Assembly: GCA_004022145.1 (NCBI GenBank)
Contig: RCNU01000003.1
Length of the DNA stretch: 64,000 nucleotides
Strand: one strand, 5' to 3'
From: Paecilomyces variotii
Taxonomy: Eukaryota
Shown one piece after another: positions 24,319 through 36,480 of the stretch (position 1 is the stretch's first letter; each line of letters begins with the position of its first letter). The notes beneath the pieces are model-generated. The model was not told the DNA's origin. It did no database searches and was given only the letters and a program-made list of their open reading frames with translations. A program made the position numbers and the translations under genes.

Positions 24319-25581
24319 GTTCTGTCGTTTATCGCAATACCAGTAGCGAGAATATACTTAGGAACGTGTTGATATAAGTTGAAAAGAATGATAATTACCG
24401 CTTAAAAGGAACGGACAGCCTTCCAGAAGGCCCTGATTGCAACATAAGAGTAAGTGAAAGTAGAGAACTGGCCCGTCTCATATCGAGGGTAAGAAGTACT
24501 CCATACCGGATACTATGGCCGAGAGCAAACTACGAATAGTTAAATGGAAGAAAACATCGCACTCGTGTGGAGCTCCAACACGAAACCCCCTCGTGCGCTT
24601 TAGGTATCGCCCGTGAAGACGAGACGCTTCACGGGCGAGACGGCAGGGGCTTGCTAGGTACGCTGACATCTCGACCAAGGATCATGCCTGAGTAGACTGT
24701 CCGCGGCTCGAGCGGGTATAAATTAGCCGTCAGGCGAAAGTCTGGACATGATGGTGTGGAAATTGCTTCTCGACAACAGAACCAGTGAGCGCTCATGCCC
24801 TCACATTCTGGAGATCGCTATCGACGTGTCCCGATATGCTTATTTCACCAGCTGCGAATAGTAAACGTGCGCTGGTCTACAAGCAGCACGAGATGGCGCA
24901 CGCATCTAAGTAGAGATCCGTGAGTTGGGCTCGGACGTCAAATGGGCATCTTTGCATTGCTTCAACTGACTGACTGACCTTCTCCATCTTTTGTCCAAGC
25001 ATAAATAACTAACAGTTGACGAGCATTGAGGGGACATCGCACGATAACCTCCTGGAGGCCATCTCTGAGCGGTCTGTGCATTCGACGGCGTTGCGGATTT
25101 GAAACTGCCAAGCTCAACGGTCGGAAGCATCGCTGCCGAAGATATCTGGAAAGGCCCTGTAAAGGAACAAAAAACACAAGGCCAGTGGGAAAGCAGGACT
25201 GATGCAAGGAAAACCCTGGCTTTGGTTTGATTGCATCTCTAGCCGAATACCGTGCTTGCTGCTACGCCGACGGTGTATGCAATTATGGAAGCTCCAAGAG
25301 GAAGTGAAATAACAGGCACATTGCAGCAAAGTAACTTCAGATCGTGAAACACGGCTCGGAAGAGCTAATCCAGCTAACTTAACCCATCTTAATTCAGCCT
25401 TAACTCGGTACAAGTTTCTTGTCAGGCGGCATTGAATGTACAGTATTAGTTAGGATATGACAAGAATATTCTCACTACCTGCGAATACAGCATTATCTAC
25501 ACCCGAATTGGAATGAACCCTCGACTACCAGGCATCTGAGTCGGGTGACCGTCATAGGTTAACTAGATGACCCCCTTGAAG

Positions 25582-25729
25582 TCAAAGCAATTCCTTACTA
25601 CGAGAATTATCTGGTGTGGCCCCGAGTTCCGAATTGTAGATATCATATGCTCCTTTCAGCCATTTCCCAGAGAAATCAACGAATCCGAATACGTTGAAAG
25701 TTAAACCTATCGCTGTCAACGGATCTACG
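25582..25729 (-). pseudogene. Truncated duplicate of the first ~48 codons of the NACHT gene
   Basis: VDPLTAIGLTFNVFGFVDFSGKWLKGAYDIYNSELGATPDNSRSKELL* versus MDPLTAVGLVSNILSFIDFSGKWIKGAYDIYNSELGSTPDNSRSKELLD. ATG is replaced by GTA and a stop follows the breakpoint. Confidence 0.9.
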
Positions 25730-27774
25730 GGGGCCAATACGACCCTGTTGCAATACTGGCCAACAATTATTATGTGGTTTGTAATACTATAACTCAAACT
25801 CAAACATGAAACTATAGGCCCAGAGAGGGCTTGCTTCTCTAAGACTCAATGTTGGCAGCCACCATGCTGTTTACACCCGACTCAGCCTTGTACCTTGACT
25901 TAGAGCATACCGCCGCCATTTATTTTGCTTCAAGGACTGGGGCAACTGAATTTCTCAGATCCTGGCAGGGATTCATTCCTCTTCTCATCCATACCATAAA
26001 GACAAGCAAGTTGCCGCCGCACTTGATGCCGTAGGAATTAACTTGTGAACCGACACCACGCGGAACATTTCCTAGTAGCGTTATCTTAGTGCTATAGTAG
26101 CGCAGTCACAGTCTACTTAATAAAGCGCGCTGATTTGGCGCATGTTTTCCATGGATTGCTAAGCACAATAATTCCCGAGACCCTTAAACATTCCAAGGGG
26201 TGCCAAATCAAGGTCAGTTTGAAAGCTGGTTATTATATCTGGAATATGCAAACTCCTTGGTTGTCAACAGAAGGTACCTATAATCAGAAGATTGATATGC
26301 AGCCGGATGTTGCAATAGGCGTGGGCTTCATCTGAGGTCAGAAACCCAGCTGTGATCGCCAGTGTCAACGCACAGCAACATATATAGGCCTTCCTGAGCG
26401 AATAACTGATTTCGATATCACTGTCAAGGCAGTGCTTTGTATAATTATGTTTTATTCCCTTGATAATTAATATGGGTATGTAAATAGATGTCTCGGCTAA
26501 TAATTATGTTTATATGGCACTCAGGACTGAGTAACGGACACAATGCGCCCATTGTCTATATTTTTAAATATAGACTTATAGTAATGCAGCACTTCAAGAC
26601 CTAATATATAAAAGCTGTCGGCGTATAAAGCAAACGCCAGGTGATCTGCAATGATCTGTTACACAACATTCCCGTATAGAATTGGATCGAACCTACTAGA
26701 TTACTAGATTACTAGGATCTAGATTCTTTGTATGCTAGAGATAAATATGGGATCAATCCCCCCTAGACCTAGAGTAAAGCAAGCAATTCAGATTCTGCTT
26801 CCGTGCTAAAGGATTCGACAAAAGCACAGTAGATGCTTATGATTGTCCAACAGTAATCTCCAGTGGACAACTCTGCGATATTCTAATGCGACAAGAGACT
26901 AATTAACCATCTCTCAGCTAAAAAGCACTAGCAAGATGATGTCAGTCATATTTTCGTCGCGATTTTGAAAAGGGGCACTGAGACTTTAACTATTGCAATG
27001 TTTCTCTTTCCCCCAAGATAGTTCTACTGAGCCGAATATAGATCATTCTCCGGTGCGAGTTAGAGATAGGAACCTGTCGGCGCCCAACTAGCTGCAAAAC
27101 GCCACTAGCACCCTATATGAAGGGCATAGAACAAACAACAAGAAGCCACCTATTTCCATCAATATAGGATCAGAGCAGACATGCCGGAAGTAGGAAATGC
27201 TCAGGAATAGTGGCGGAGGCAGTGCTCCAAGCAACAATTGATCAGGATGAAGTCCGAGGACATAAATAGTCTATTGATTCCAGTACCCTCCAGTTCTTTA
27301 AGCAATCAAGATCCTATTCCCGTATCAAATGATTTTCTACTATTCTTGCTTTCGTGGTCTTGGATTATGAGAGAACCTGTGTGGTAATCCAACCAAGACC
27401 TGGCTAAACTCAGAAGAGCTGCTAGCTTTATCTAGCGAAGCGCAGAAATATTACCCATCTTCTTCCAGTCGTGCATTACCAAGGCTACCGCCTGCGCTGC
27501 TCCTACGGAGCCGAGGAATGCATATGTACTGTAGATCCTCTATACTATTTTTGTTGTAGAAGGAAGAAAAGATATATTAAAATAGCCAGTTGCCAGATAC
27601 TGATAAGGCTGCGCGCTCACAGCATCACTTGATATTTCCAGGTTACAAAAACCGACACAGAAATTGTATAGGGTGACTTAGTTATATAGTTAAGGAGACA
27701 GCGGTGGTACAGAGGCCAGAATCCCTACCTCAGTTGGAAAAGCGGTGATATGTTGAACATACGGTAAAGCTCTC
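25586..27774 (-). repeat. Right arm of the inverted duplication, carrying ~1 kb (about 26375-27377) absent from the left arm
   Basis: See left arm. Junctions read CGCCAGTGTCAACGCAC... and ...GTGGTAATCCAACCAAG. Confidence 0.88.
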
Positions 27775-28782
27775 ATCTTAGCTCAACTTCTTGCATATGC
27801 TCAGTGTCATCATCAATGATCAAACCATCCTGAGTGAATGTAAACGTGTCCCTTCTGGTTGGTCAGTGTCGGTTTCAATAGCAGACCGGGTAAGCCATAG
27901 CTTTCAGTCGTCTGGCCTCTTAATCAACTTCTCAAGCGATCTGCCATTGAGGCCTAGCTCGAGAGCACACGGTTGGATTAGACAGCAGGGAGTTCTGCTG
28001 TACATCCCAACGGTCAAGATCCCAATGCAGACCGCCACGCGACATGACATGCGAGGCGTTCTGCGCCGAGAGCAGGTGGGTCACCGGCGCGTTCGGTCTT
28101 GGCAGCTGGTGCTCTTTTTATGGCAATCCCTGACGCCTTCAATTGAGGGCAAGTATAGATACACCTGAACAATCCTCAGAGAAATCAGTATGGGACAGTA
28201 GTCGGCTATATGCTGGCTTCAGGATTCCCTTTGCCCTGCTCGCCATAGCATCCTTGATGCCTGTTGATGCCTCCGTTCTTCTGTTCCGTGGACCCGGCTG
28301 AGCATCCTTAGTGGAGGTTAGGCCCGCACCTTGAGACAACTCTGTCACCGCTCCTGTGGGCGAGATGGACAACAGCAGGTCATGAAGATGGATGCCAGAG
28401 TGTGCAGATGGGGTACAGAAGGATGGCGTGGGAATATAGGATGAAAGCAAAGCGAAAGCTCATCTCCGGCAAAAAGGATATGGGGGACATTTTTGGGGAC
28501 AAGTTTCAATGGAGAGAAGAAGACGAGAGAGAAGCGATGCAGTCATCCCGACGGCGGGGCAGGTACGCCAACACACTCTCACCCCACCTAGCCGGTCTCC
28601 TTAACTCTTCTCCCACAACCTGGCCATACTTCCCATCAACAAACACCGCCATCTCCCGCTTTTATTAGAGACAACTTCCCTGGGATTCCTTTTACGGAGG
28701 ACGTGCACCTTTTCTTCTTGTCTCTTGCTCTGCCTTATCATCTTATCTGTACTTCAGTCTCCAGGAGAGACTTACTATCACC

Positions 28783-29523
28783 ATGTCTTGGGACGGTATG
28801 TGGCCTGGTTCGGACATTAAGAGCTCTTGCCCTTGACAATTCGTCATATCCTGCTATAAAAGCTACCAAGTCCATTACTGACATTGTTTGCCAAACAGGA
28901 TACCTTAACGACCAGTATATCACCCTTTTCGTTGATTCGCATAATACCAGGAGATCCACTGACATGGGCTAGCGTTGTCGGCTCCTTGATTGACAAGGCC
29001 GTTGTTATTGACGTTACCGGTGCTGCTGTGTGGGCCAAGTCCAACGGTGCTCAGGTATGGATGCTCCTCAGTTTATCTGTGGCAGAGGCTCTGCAACTTG
29101 CGGTTACCGTTATGATCTTCCGCTGACCTGGGAAATACCGTTACAGATTTCTCCAGACGAGATGAAGACGTTCGCTAGCGCATTCAGCGACAAGTCGAAG
29201 GCTGAAGAAAGCGGAGTTTCTTTCGGAGGCTCCAAGTACTTCTTCACAAAGCTTGAGGATCTTACACACGAGAGTCTCCCCGAGCGGACTATCCCTACGC
29301 TACACGTGGCTAAGGTGATTATTAATATCATTTACTTTCCCTGGTACTCCATCAGATAGGACGCTAATCAAGTTCTTTCGAACTACAGGGAAAGGAGGGA
29401 GTCGTGGCAGCGAAGTGCACCCAGGGTATTCTGATTGCCCACTACCCCGAGGGAGTCTTCTTCGGCGACGCTATTGACGCTGTCGTTAAGAACGCTTCGC
29501 ACCTTGTGAAGAACGGTATATAA
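28783..29523 (+). CDS. PFY1: Profilin
   Basis: Five exons give MSWDGYLNDHVVGSLIDKAVVIDVTGAAVWAKSNGAQISPDEMK...GVSFGGSKYF...KGKEGVVAAKCTQGILIAHYPEG...SHLVKNGI*. Confidence 0.88.
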
Positions 29524-30170
29524 GAGGTCATTGGGGTTCTATAATCGGAAAATTTGGAGGTATTCGCACTACATGCTAGACGGGATCAGCAAAGAGGTGG
29601 TATCTCGCACAATCAGCAGTGAAATACCCATGTTGCAAGCGTGTTATTGGCCCAACAAGGCAAATGTCATGTTAGGTCCATTGTAATCTATTCAGTAAGA
29701 GGCACAAGAGGACACCCTTAAATTCAGAAACTCTGGACACTTTCTAACAGGCAACAATTGGATATTCCACGGCGACGGGCATGAGCCCAATGACATTGTG
29801 AGCCTTATAACCACGTGGAACGCCTTTATAATTGTAAGGGCAACATAGTCCGATTTCTGAAGAAACAAATACATAGCAAGGTCTACTGTACATTTCTTTG
29901 CCTCTGGTACGAGTCAACCGAAATCGAAACTAAGCACCCGCTGTAGGCTAAGGAAAATATGTTTCCAGGAAGCATCTCATAAACATCCACAACATTCCAT
30001 CAAAACAGCGAGTATACGCTCTCTTGCTTAATATCATTTTTCGTCCAAACTTAGGAGTATCACTAGTGAACTATATTCTATGACATGAACACACGTTGGC
30101 TAGCAACTTTTACAAGATGGAAAACGACGCCAATTAGGGTATATTGATTGATATTGTGATCAAGGTCCAT

Positions 30171-31337
30171 TTACATCCTAACAGGGACCCCGACTTTGGT
30201 GCGTAGAAAATCAACTAGATCATCGATCTCATCAGGGACTTTATACCAATGCCCAAAGCCCTCATACCGCTTCCAGGTCACATCCATATCCAACGGTCCA
30301 GCAAGGAGCCGAACCATCTCCTCCCCAAGCCTGACGGAGACCTTTGGGTCCGCCGCGCCATGTCCTAGGAAAACAGGGGTGCGAAGGTGGTTGACATCGG
30401 CTGGTGTGGTGATTCTTGATACGGAATTGTGCTCTTCACCTGCATTCAGGAGAGGTGGGAGATCAAGAATATCGCGCAAGTGGTTGATCGCTGAGATAGT
30501 TCTTGAGAATTCTTCGGTGCTTGTGCCGGGGTCCGAGTCGTCACTATCCTCCCCAAATGGATCGAACGAACTCAGATCTTCGTTATTGTTGTATTGTTCA
30601 TGTGGATCTTCATCTGAGGAGCTGCTATCCTCAGTGTCATCATCGTTGCTTTCAAAGTCGTTATTATCGTCATCTTCTTCATGAACGTCCGCGTCCTCGT
30701 CTTCCTCTTCATCATCGCTTCCCTCTGAGAATTCTATATCTAATTGATCCATTCCTTCGTCCAGCCCACCTAGGGACTCGTGGTCATTCTCGATTCCGAA
30801 ATTTAGAATTTCACTCAACTGCCCCTGGAACGGTAACCATCCACTCATTCCACAGAACGCACCCAACGTCTCCCGTCCATTCTCACCCCATCCACCACCC
30901 AGCAAACTAAAAGCTGCCGCCGCGCAACCTTGACTTAGCCCTCCAAGCACGATGCGTGAATACGAATCATGGTCCTCATACCCCTTCTCACGCAGGATCC
31001 CCGCCTCCTGCACAACGAGCTCTCTCAGAAACGCTGCCGTTTCACATAACCCCTCCACCTGCAGATCCGTCCGCTGGTTCGGGTCGTCGAGTGAATAGTT
31101 ATCGAACCATTGATGGATAGGGATCTTTTTGAGAGCCGTCGAGCGTCGTCGACGCGCGGTCGGGAAGACGAATTTGACAGTTGGTAGCCGCGCGGGGAGA
31201 TTCGCGGAGCGGAGGAGTTCGTGGCCGAATCGGGAAGCATTGCTGCCGCGGCCGTGGAGGAGGATTAAAGTGTGAGTGTGTTCGGATGCAGACAAAGGGG
31301 AGATCGAGAGAGGTTCGGGATATGGTTTTGGAGGCAT
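30171..31337 (-). CDS. Phospholipase/carboxylesterase (acyl-protein thioesterase-like alpha/beta hydrolase) with a long acidic insertion
   Basis: LHGRGS, nucleophile GLSQG, HGAADPKV (Asp) and GFGHW (His) complete the catalytic triad. Confidence 0.9.
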   Translation of the reverse strand: MPPKPYPEPLSISPLSASEHTHTLILLHGRGSNASRFGHELLRSANLPARLPTVKFVFPTARRRRSTALKKIPIHQWFDNYSLDDPNQRTDLQVEGLCETAAFLRELVVQEAGILREKGYEDHDSYSRIVLGGLSQGCAAAAFSLLGGGWGENGRETLGAFCGMSGWLPFQGQLSEILNFGIENDHESLGGLDEGMDQLDIEFSEGSDDEEEDEDADVHEEDDDNNDFESNDDDTEDSSSSDEDPHEQYNNNEDLSSFDPFGEDSDDSDPGTSTEEFSRTISAINHLRDILDLPPLLNAGEEHNSVSRITTPADVNHLRTPVFLGHGAADPKVSVRLGEEMVRLLAGPLDMDVTWKRYEGFGHWYKVPDEIDDLVDFLRTKVGVPVRM

Positions 31338-32046
31338 GGTCAGACTGAGGTGTAGATTAGGCTGAAATCAATCGAGTTTTTGAAAAGTGAAATCCGGAAG
31401 GCAAACTATTGACAGCAGGGCACTATATCATTTCTGAACATAGCAAAGCCAGGTTCTTTACTCTTGTAGACGGAATTTTGACGATGATGTTACATAGTAG
31501 GTACTTTGTGCTATTAAGATCTTAGTAGTATCTGATAACACAGTTAGCCGCCCTGGTCCGCCTAGTATAACAGAAGCCAATGATCGCTCTGCTCTTAAGC
31601 GCCAGACATCACGTTCCTTATCAACACGCGTTCAAACATAGCGCTGGGGCTTCTAGGAAAATTGTTCCAAAAAAAGAAAAAGAGGGAGAAAAGGAGGGGC
31701 TCTCATCATTCTCAGTCTAACTGTATCTGACTTGGAATATCAAATATTTTGAGAAAGACATAGTTACTAAAGTGTACAGGAGTGTTGACTCCCAGATGAG
31801 ATAGGGAGATCGTATTTTCCCTTCCCCGGAGAGTATTCTGTTGATGGCAAGAATGAAGAGATTATAGCTTCTGTCATGGATGCTACAAACGCCGATGTCC
31901 TAGGTTGTCTTCGCGGCGCATTCGAACGTTTGAGATGTAGACTACGCATAGCTTTTCCTCGGCGCTAGAACATTATCTTTGTGAACCAAAGAGCTCACGG
32001 TCCCAATACTGTCTGTTTCATATCCCTGGGAGCAAGGGCCTACCAC

Positions 32047-32508
32047 TCAGATCAAGCCGTCGTTGAATTCATCTTCTGTCTTGTATGGACCAAACCATCC
32101 TAGTTCAGCACGGAAAACGGGATCCTCGCAAGTTATATCATCGAAAGATTCAACTAATTTCCCTTTGATACTCCGTAGTCCCGCTATAAAGCCTTTAAGT
32201 TGTTGTATGATCTTCTTGCGTCGTTCATCGTCCATATCGTCCCACACATCGCGCAGAACCTCACCTTCCACATACTCCATAACTATAACACCACGGTTGA
32301 GAGATTCATCGACATATGCATTCAAGACTTTTGGGACGGGAATCGAGGTCCGAGAATGGACGTATCGTAGAGCCTCAGCCTCAGAAAGTCGGAACGGCTC
32401 GCATAATTTGACCACGGTTTTCTCATCAACTCGATAGATGTTGATAAGATCGTCAGGAACTAACCGGTTGGAATCTACAAGCTCGGACTTGTCAATGATT
32501 CGCGACAT
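32047..32508 (-). pseudogene. Truncated APH/choline-kinase-like phosphotransferase (N-terminal part only)
   Basis: EAEALRYVHSRTSIPVPKV, IVMEYVEG and GPYKTEDEFN match fungal APH-family N-lobes. It stops before any HGDL...N/DWE catalytic motif and none was seen downstream. Confidence 0.75.
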
Positions 32509-33151
32509 ATTGCACTTATGTCAGGGGCGTGTCTTTTCGTAGTTCAAGGTAAATGTAGATGTAGTGGTAGCGTAAATAAATATCTCTTAACCTAAAACTC
32601 CCCCACCATGCGGGGTCGGTATCTCACTGCGGCTGCTTTTTTCATTGTTCTACTCGACATTTTGATCCTTGGAGATAAATATCGGCATGCATAACTTCTC
32701 TATTCACGGCCTCATCATCACTGTGTTCCCGGATAGATTCCTTGATGATTATCACCTAGGGGAAAATTAGATACTGGACAGAGATCCGCCAGATACATAA
32801 GACAGTAGCAGTAAGAGACCCTGGATCACTGACCGTTCATACATGAATTATAATATGCTGTACATACGTATAAAGTGTCTATCCCTAAGCATAGAATGAG
32901 CTGTAGACATCATGAAAGCAATCCTTGAATTATCCATCCGTCATATCATCGCCTTATTCCGGGCATTCTGTCGTGTCAATCAAAAGGAGACACGGCACGA
33001 TATCCACCCGACGCCTCATACATAACACCATAGGCAGGCATTCCCAAAGAACAAGGAAAGCCAGGAGCTTCAAATAATATGAAATATATCAGAGAAAAAG
33101 AACAAAAGCACCAGATCTATCTGGGCTCTTTCTTCGCTCAATCCAACGTAA

Positions 33152-34173
33152 TTATACTGGCAATTCAGCGTTTCTCCTTCCTCCAGCCAACGTCTCCAGG
33201 GCGGTCTTGATGTAGGGTCCCACGACGGGAATGTTGCCGGCAAATTGACCGATGGTGACGAGGAAATCTCCAAACAGGATGAATATGCCGTAGAGCTCGA
33301 TGAGAAAACCGGTCAAAGGCCAGCGGAGGAGGATGAGAAGGATACCGAGGGCAAATGCGACGGTTCCTTTCAGCTTATGTGGACGGGAGAAAAAGGCGAG
33401 AGTCTTCTGAAAGCCGATGATGAGAGTCAACCCGATGAGGAAAAGGATCTAGACAAGCGGGAAAGCTCATGTTAGCGGTGAAGATGGGTGCTGGGCGTAT
33501 GGTCCAGATCTGCAATAAAGGGTTTCGTGCGGTATATATGGGCGCAGACGTACATTTCCCATGGCAAGCCTTTTGTTATAAAAGGTATAGAGATTAGTAT
33601 TTGTGATCTTTTCATACGTAGATTGAGGATTCGCCCTGCGGATTATACGTACATTGACCGATCAAAGAACATCAAGACTCCAAGAAATAAGAACAACCCG
33701 CCTATAGAGAGCAACAAAGAATCATCGTTAGACGTCAATGGAAGAATCTTGTGATATTGTGCCAGTTTGTCGAAGTTACTTGACTAGTATGGTGAAGTAT
33801 CCGCTAGGTATACATGCAACGGGTGCCGTAGGGAAGTAGTATGGCTATATTTGCGAAATAGATAGAGTTCACCTACCAGCAGAGCAGAAGACCACCCCGA
33901 TCTCTATATATCAAAGCACATGTTAGCAATGGTGTTATGAGCAAGTGAGTCGTGCGCGTTGGGCCAATGGAATTGCCCTCAGCTACGGTAATCAGAGTGC
34001 GAGGAAGATGCCGATGCAGAGAAACATCGGCAAGTCACGCAATCAAGCATGCGACCAAGTCCAGGGTCAAGACAAGGCGTCGGCCAATATGGTGGTGGCC
34101 AATGTCTCCAGTGACATTATCTGGAAGGATATTCTCGCTTACTCTGGTTTTCTGAGAGCCACATGGTTGGCAT
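33152..34173 (-). CDS. GOT1: Got1/Sft2-family Golgi transport membrane protein
   Basis: Five exons: MPTMWLSENQ / KIGVVFCSA / GGLFLFLGVLMFFDRSM / LAMGN / ILFLIGLTLIIG...NAELPV*. Confidence 0.93.
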
Positions 34174-35493
34174 ATTGGGCACCCTCTGAAAGGATGTATA
34201 ACCGCGCGCAACGCCGCAACTGTATTATTCCGAACTGCAGATAGACGTTTTCGGAGTCGTCCGCTCGGGAAATGCTGTATATATCGGAACAGAAACTGTC
34301 GGCAATCTCCTATAACAGGGGAAGGGTCTAGCTATCGAAAGAGATGTCGCAAGGACAAGCAAGAGTCCAGGGGAAGCAGCGCAACGGGAACTGTTATCTG
34401 TTTCCGGAATCTCGTAACGAATTCAACTGTAGGGATCGAAGGTCCTCTATGCTGAGGAAGACACTGGGCCGGAACAAATGGGTGTCTGCAAGTCAGTCCG
34501 CTCCCTTGATGCCAGCAGAGCCCTCTGACAAGCTGTTATGCCTGGACTTGCGCGGTCGCAAGAAGATTTGATCCAACCAAATAATGGGTTTTTGCGCGCC
34601 TTTCTGCCACGTTTTCAGTGTCCGCCCGCGCCCTCAGCAGTCATGGAGCTAGCGTTATGTAGTAGGCGGTGAATACAGGAACAGCAAAGCTTTTAAAACT
34701 CACACATTCGCTCCATTTGTTCTTTGTAAATATATGTGACCATGTTCACGCCAATTAGTAACGATGATTGTGTCGCCAGAGTTACTTGATTGACCCTCTA
34801 ATGCGTCCAGATCAGACCTCCATTATCTAACAGTACAGTGTTCAAGAGGATGTTCAAGAGGAGACAACAGTTCGAAGGCAGTCGCCCAGACTCCTTGACG
34901 GCCACCGATGAACAAATATATGGAATAATGATTTGCCTATGTTCATTGCTATGCCGGACAGCTCTATAAGGACATGTGATACCATATCCACTGGGAACAG
35001 AAGCTGGTCATGCAATTGATACTCGACGTGCTCAGCGTGTTCCGTATGGATGATTTTCATGGCTGTCTATCCAGTCTCCGTCTCCTAAATCCACCCAGAA
35101 ACCAACTGCATTCCTTCACTCACTCCACCCCTGATGTATCTATCTATCCGCCGCGACCACAGCGTCCTATAGACGTTGTAACTGATATTCCTTTCTGTGG
35201 AATGTCGGTACCAGTCGAGTGCTCTAGCACGTGGCGAAGAACGATGCCTTTGGGGTTACGATTAAGCCGGAGTGCTTTCTTGAGCCTGTCTCGAAAGGGG
35301 CACGGTGGGTGGAAAGGACTTGACTTTGATAACCCGACATAATGCGCAATCCGCAAAGATAGAGTAACCAGTCCTGTAGTCAGGACGTCAGAATCAATGG
35401 CAAGACTTGTATCAATAAAACACCATCATACCCGTATTTCCAAATGGGCTCTTTTAGAGCATAACCCCTGTATTCAGCAGGGCAGAAGTCCCT

Positions 35494-36048
35494 CTATTTG
35501 AGGACCACATGAGCTCCTCTTACTTCAAGGTAGCTCTCCGCCACGCCCTGGCCGAGAGTCCTGACCACCCCGAAAATCTCCTTATCATGATAGCGCAGTC
35601 TGGTCTTAGGATCCGTGTACGGCGCCGGGAGCCCGGTGATATCGCAGTAGTGCTTCTGATGGGAAGGATGCAAGGACGGAGCGGACTCGATATTCGTATA
35701 GGTGACTGCCGGGCCACTAGGGTACATAGAGCGAGCATTTTTCTCCCGTACAAGATTCGACAGATTCTCTGCTGCCTGCGCGATAGCGCCACCGCTGGGG
35801 GGTTGCGTGCCATCGGTCGTTGCTCCTGTACCAGCCGCACCTGGAGTCGCTGCGCCAGAATTATTCTGTGTGGCCATCACTGAAGCCTCCTTTCTTGAAG
35901 TCTCTGCAAGAAGTTGCTTGACATTCTTGTTGCGTCGTTGCGATGGTTTCCAGTTCGGGTTGCGGAAGGGGCGCGGAAGATGCGCGATGTCAAGACGATC
36001 GAGAAGCTGCTGGTGAGAGTCATCGGACGCGGTAGCTGGAGGAGCCAT
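35494..36048 (-). CDS. IES6: INO80 complex subunit Ies6 (YL1_C domain)
   Basis: YTNIESAPSL, KHYCDITGLPAPYTDPKTRLRYH, YLEVRGAHVVLK. Confidence 0.95.
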   Translation of the reverse strand: MAPPATASDDSHQQLLDRLDIAHLPRPFRNPNWKPSQRRNKNVKQLLAETSRKEASVMATQNNSGAATPGAAGTGATTDGTQPPSGGAIAQAAENLSNLVREKNARSMYPSGPAVTYTNIESAPSLHPSHQKHYCDITGLPAPYTDPKTRLRYHDKEIFGVVRTLGQGVAESYLEVRGAHVVLK

Positions 36049-36480
36049 CTTGGAAGCTGTGATTTATATCGTTGCGGTGAGATTGGCGTCTGGCTTGTGG
36101 TAGAAGAAGAGGGGTTTTCCTGCTTTTCAAGAGCTTCCCAGCGATAGTTATCCAGCTATCCGCAATGTAATTAAGCCTTAGTCGTTACGCGATGAGCGCG
36201 TTGGATCTCCCAGGATATGTTGCAAAGATAAGGGTTTATGGTGTAACAGCGACACTATAGTGCGGCATGAATGTCAATTTCTTAACGCAACTGCGAATAA
36301 GGGGCCTCTTTCATTGAGCTGATCAGGCATTTGACTCTTGCGGTTCCCGTCCGAGCAGTCAGTAACCTTGAATGTATCTATCTAATCACGTGCCAGGATT
36401 GTCTCGGGTATCAACACCAGATTCAACGGGTAACAAAGAGGTTCCCCCCGATCAATAGACAAATTTCATACAGGTCCAAG

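Noticed and set aside
18475-27774. Large TIR transposon or Starship-like element carrying the NLR
   Set aside because: No transposase or tyrosine recombinase and no target-site duplication seen; the inverted arms consist of host promoter and coding sequence
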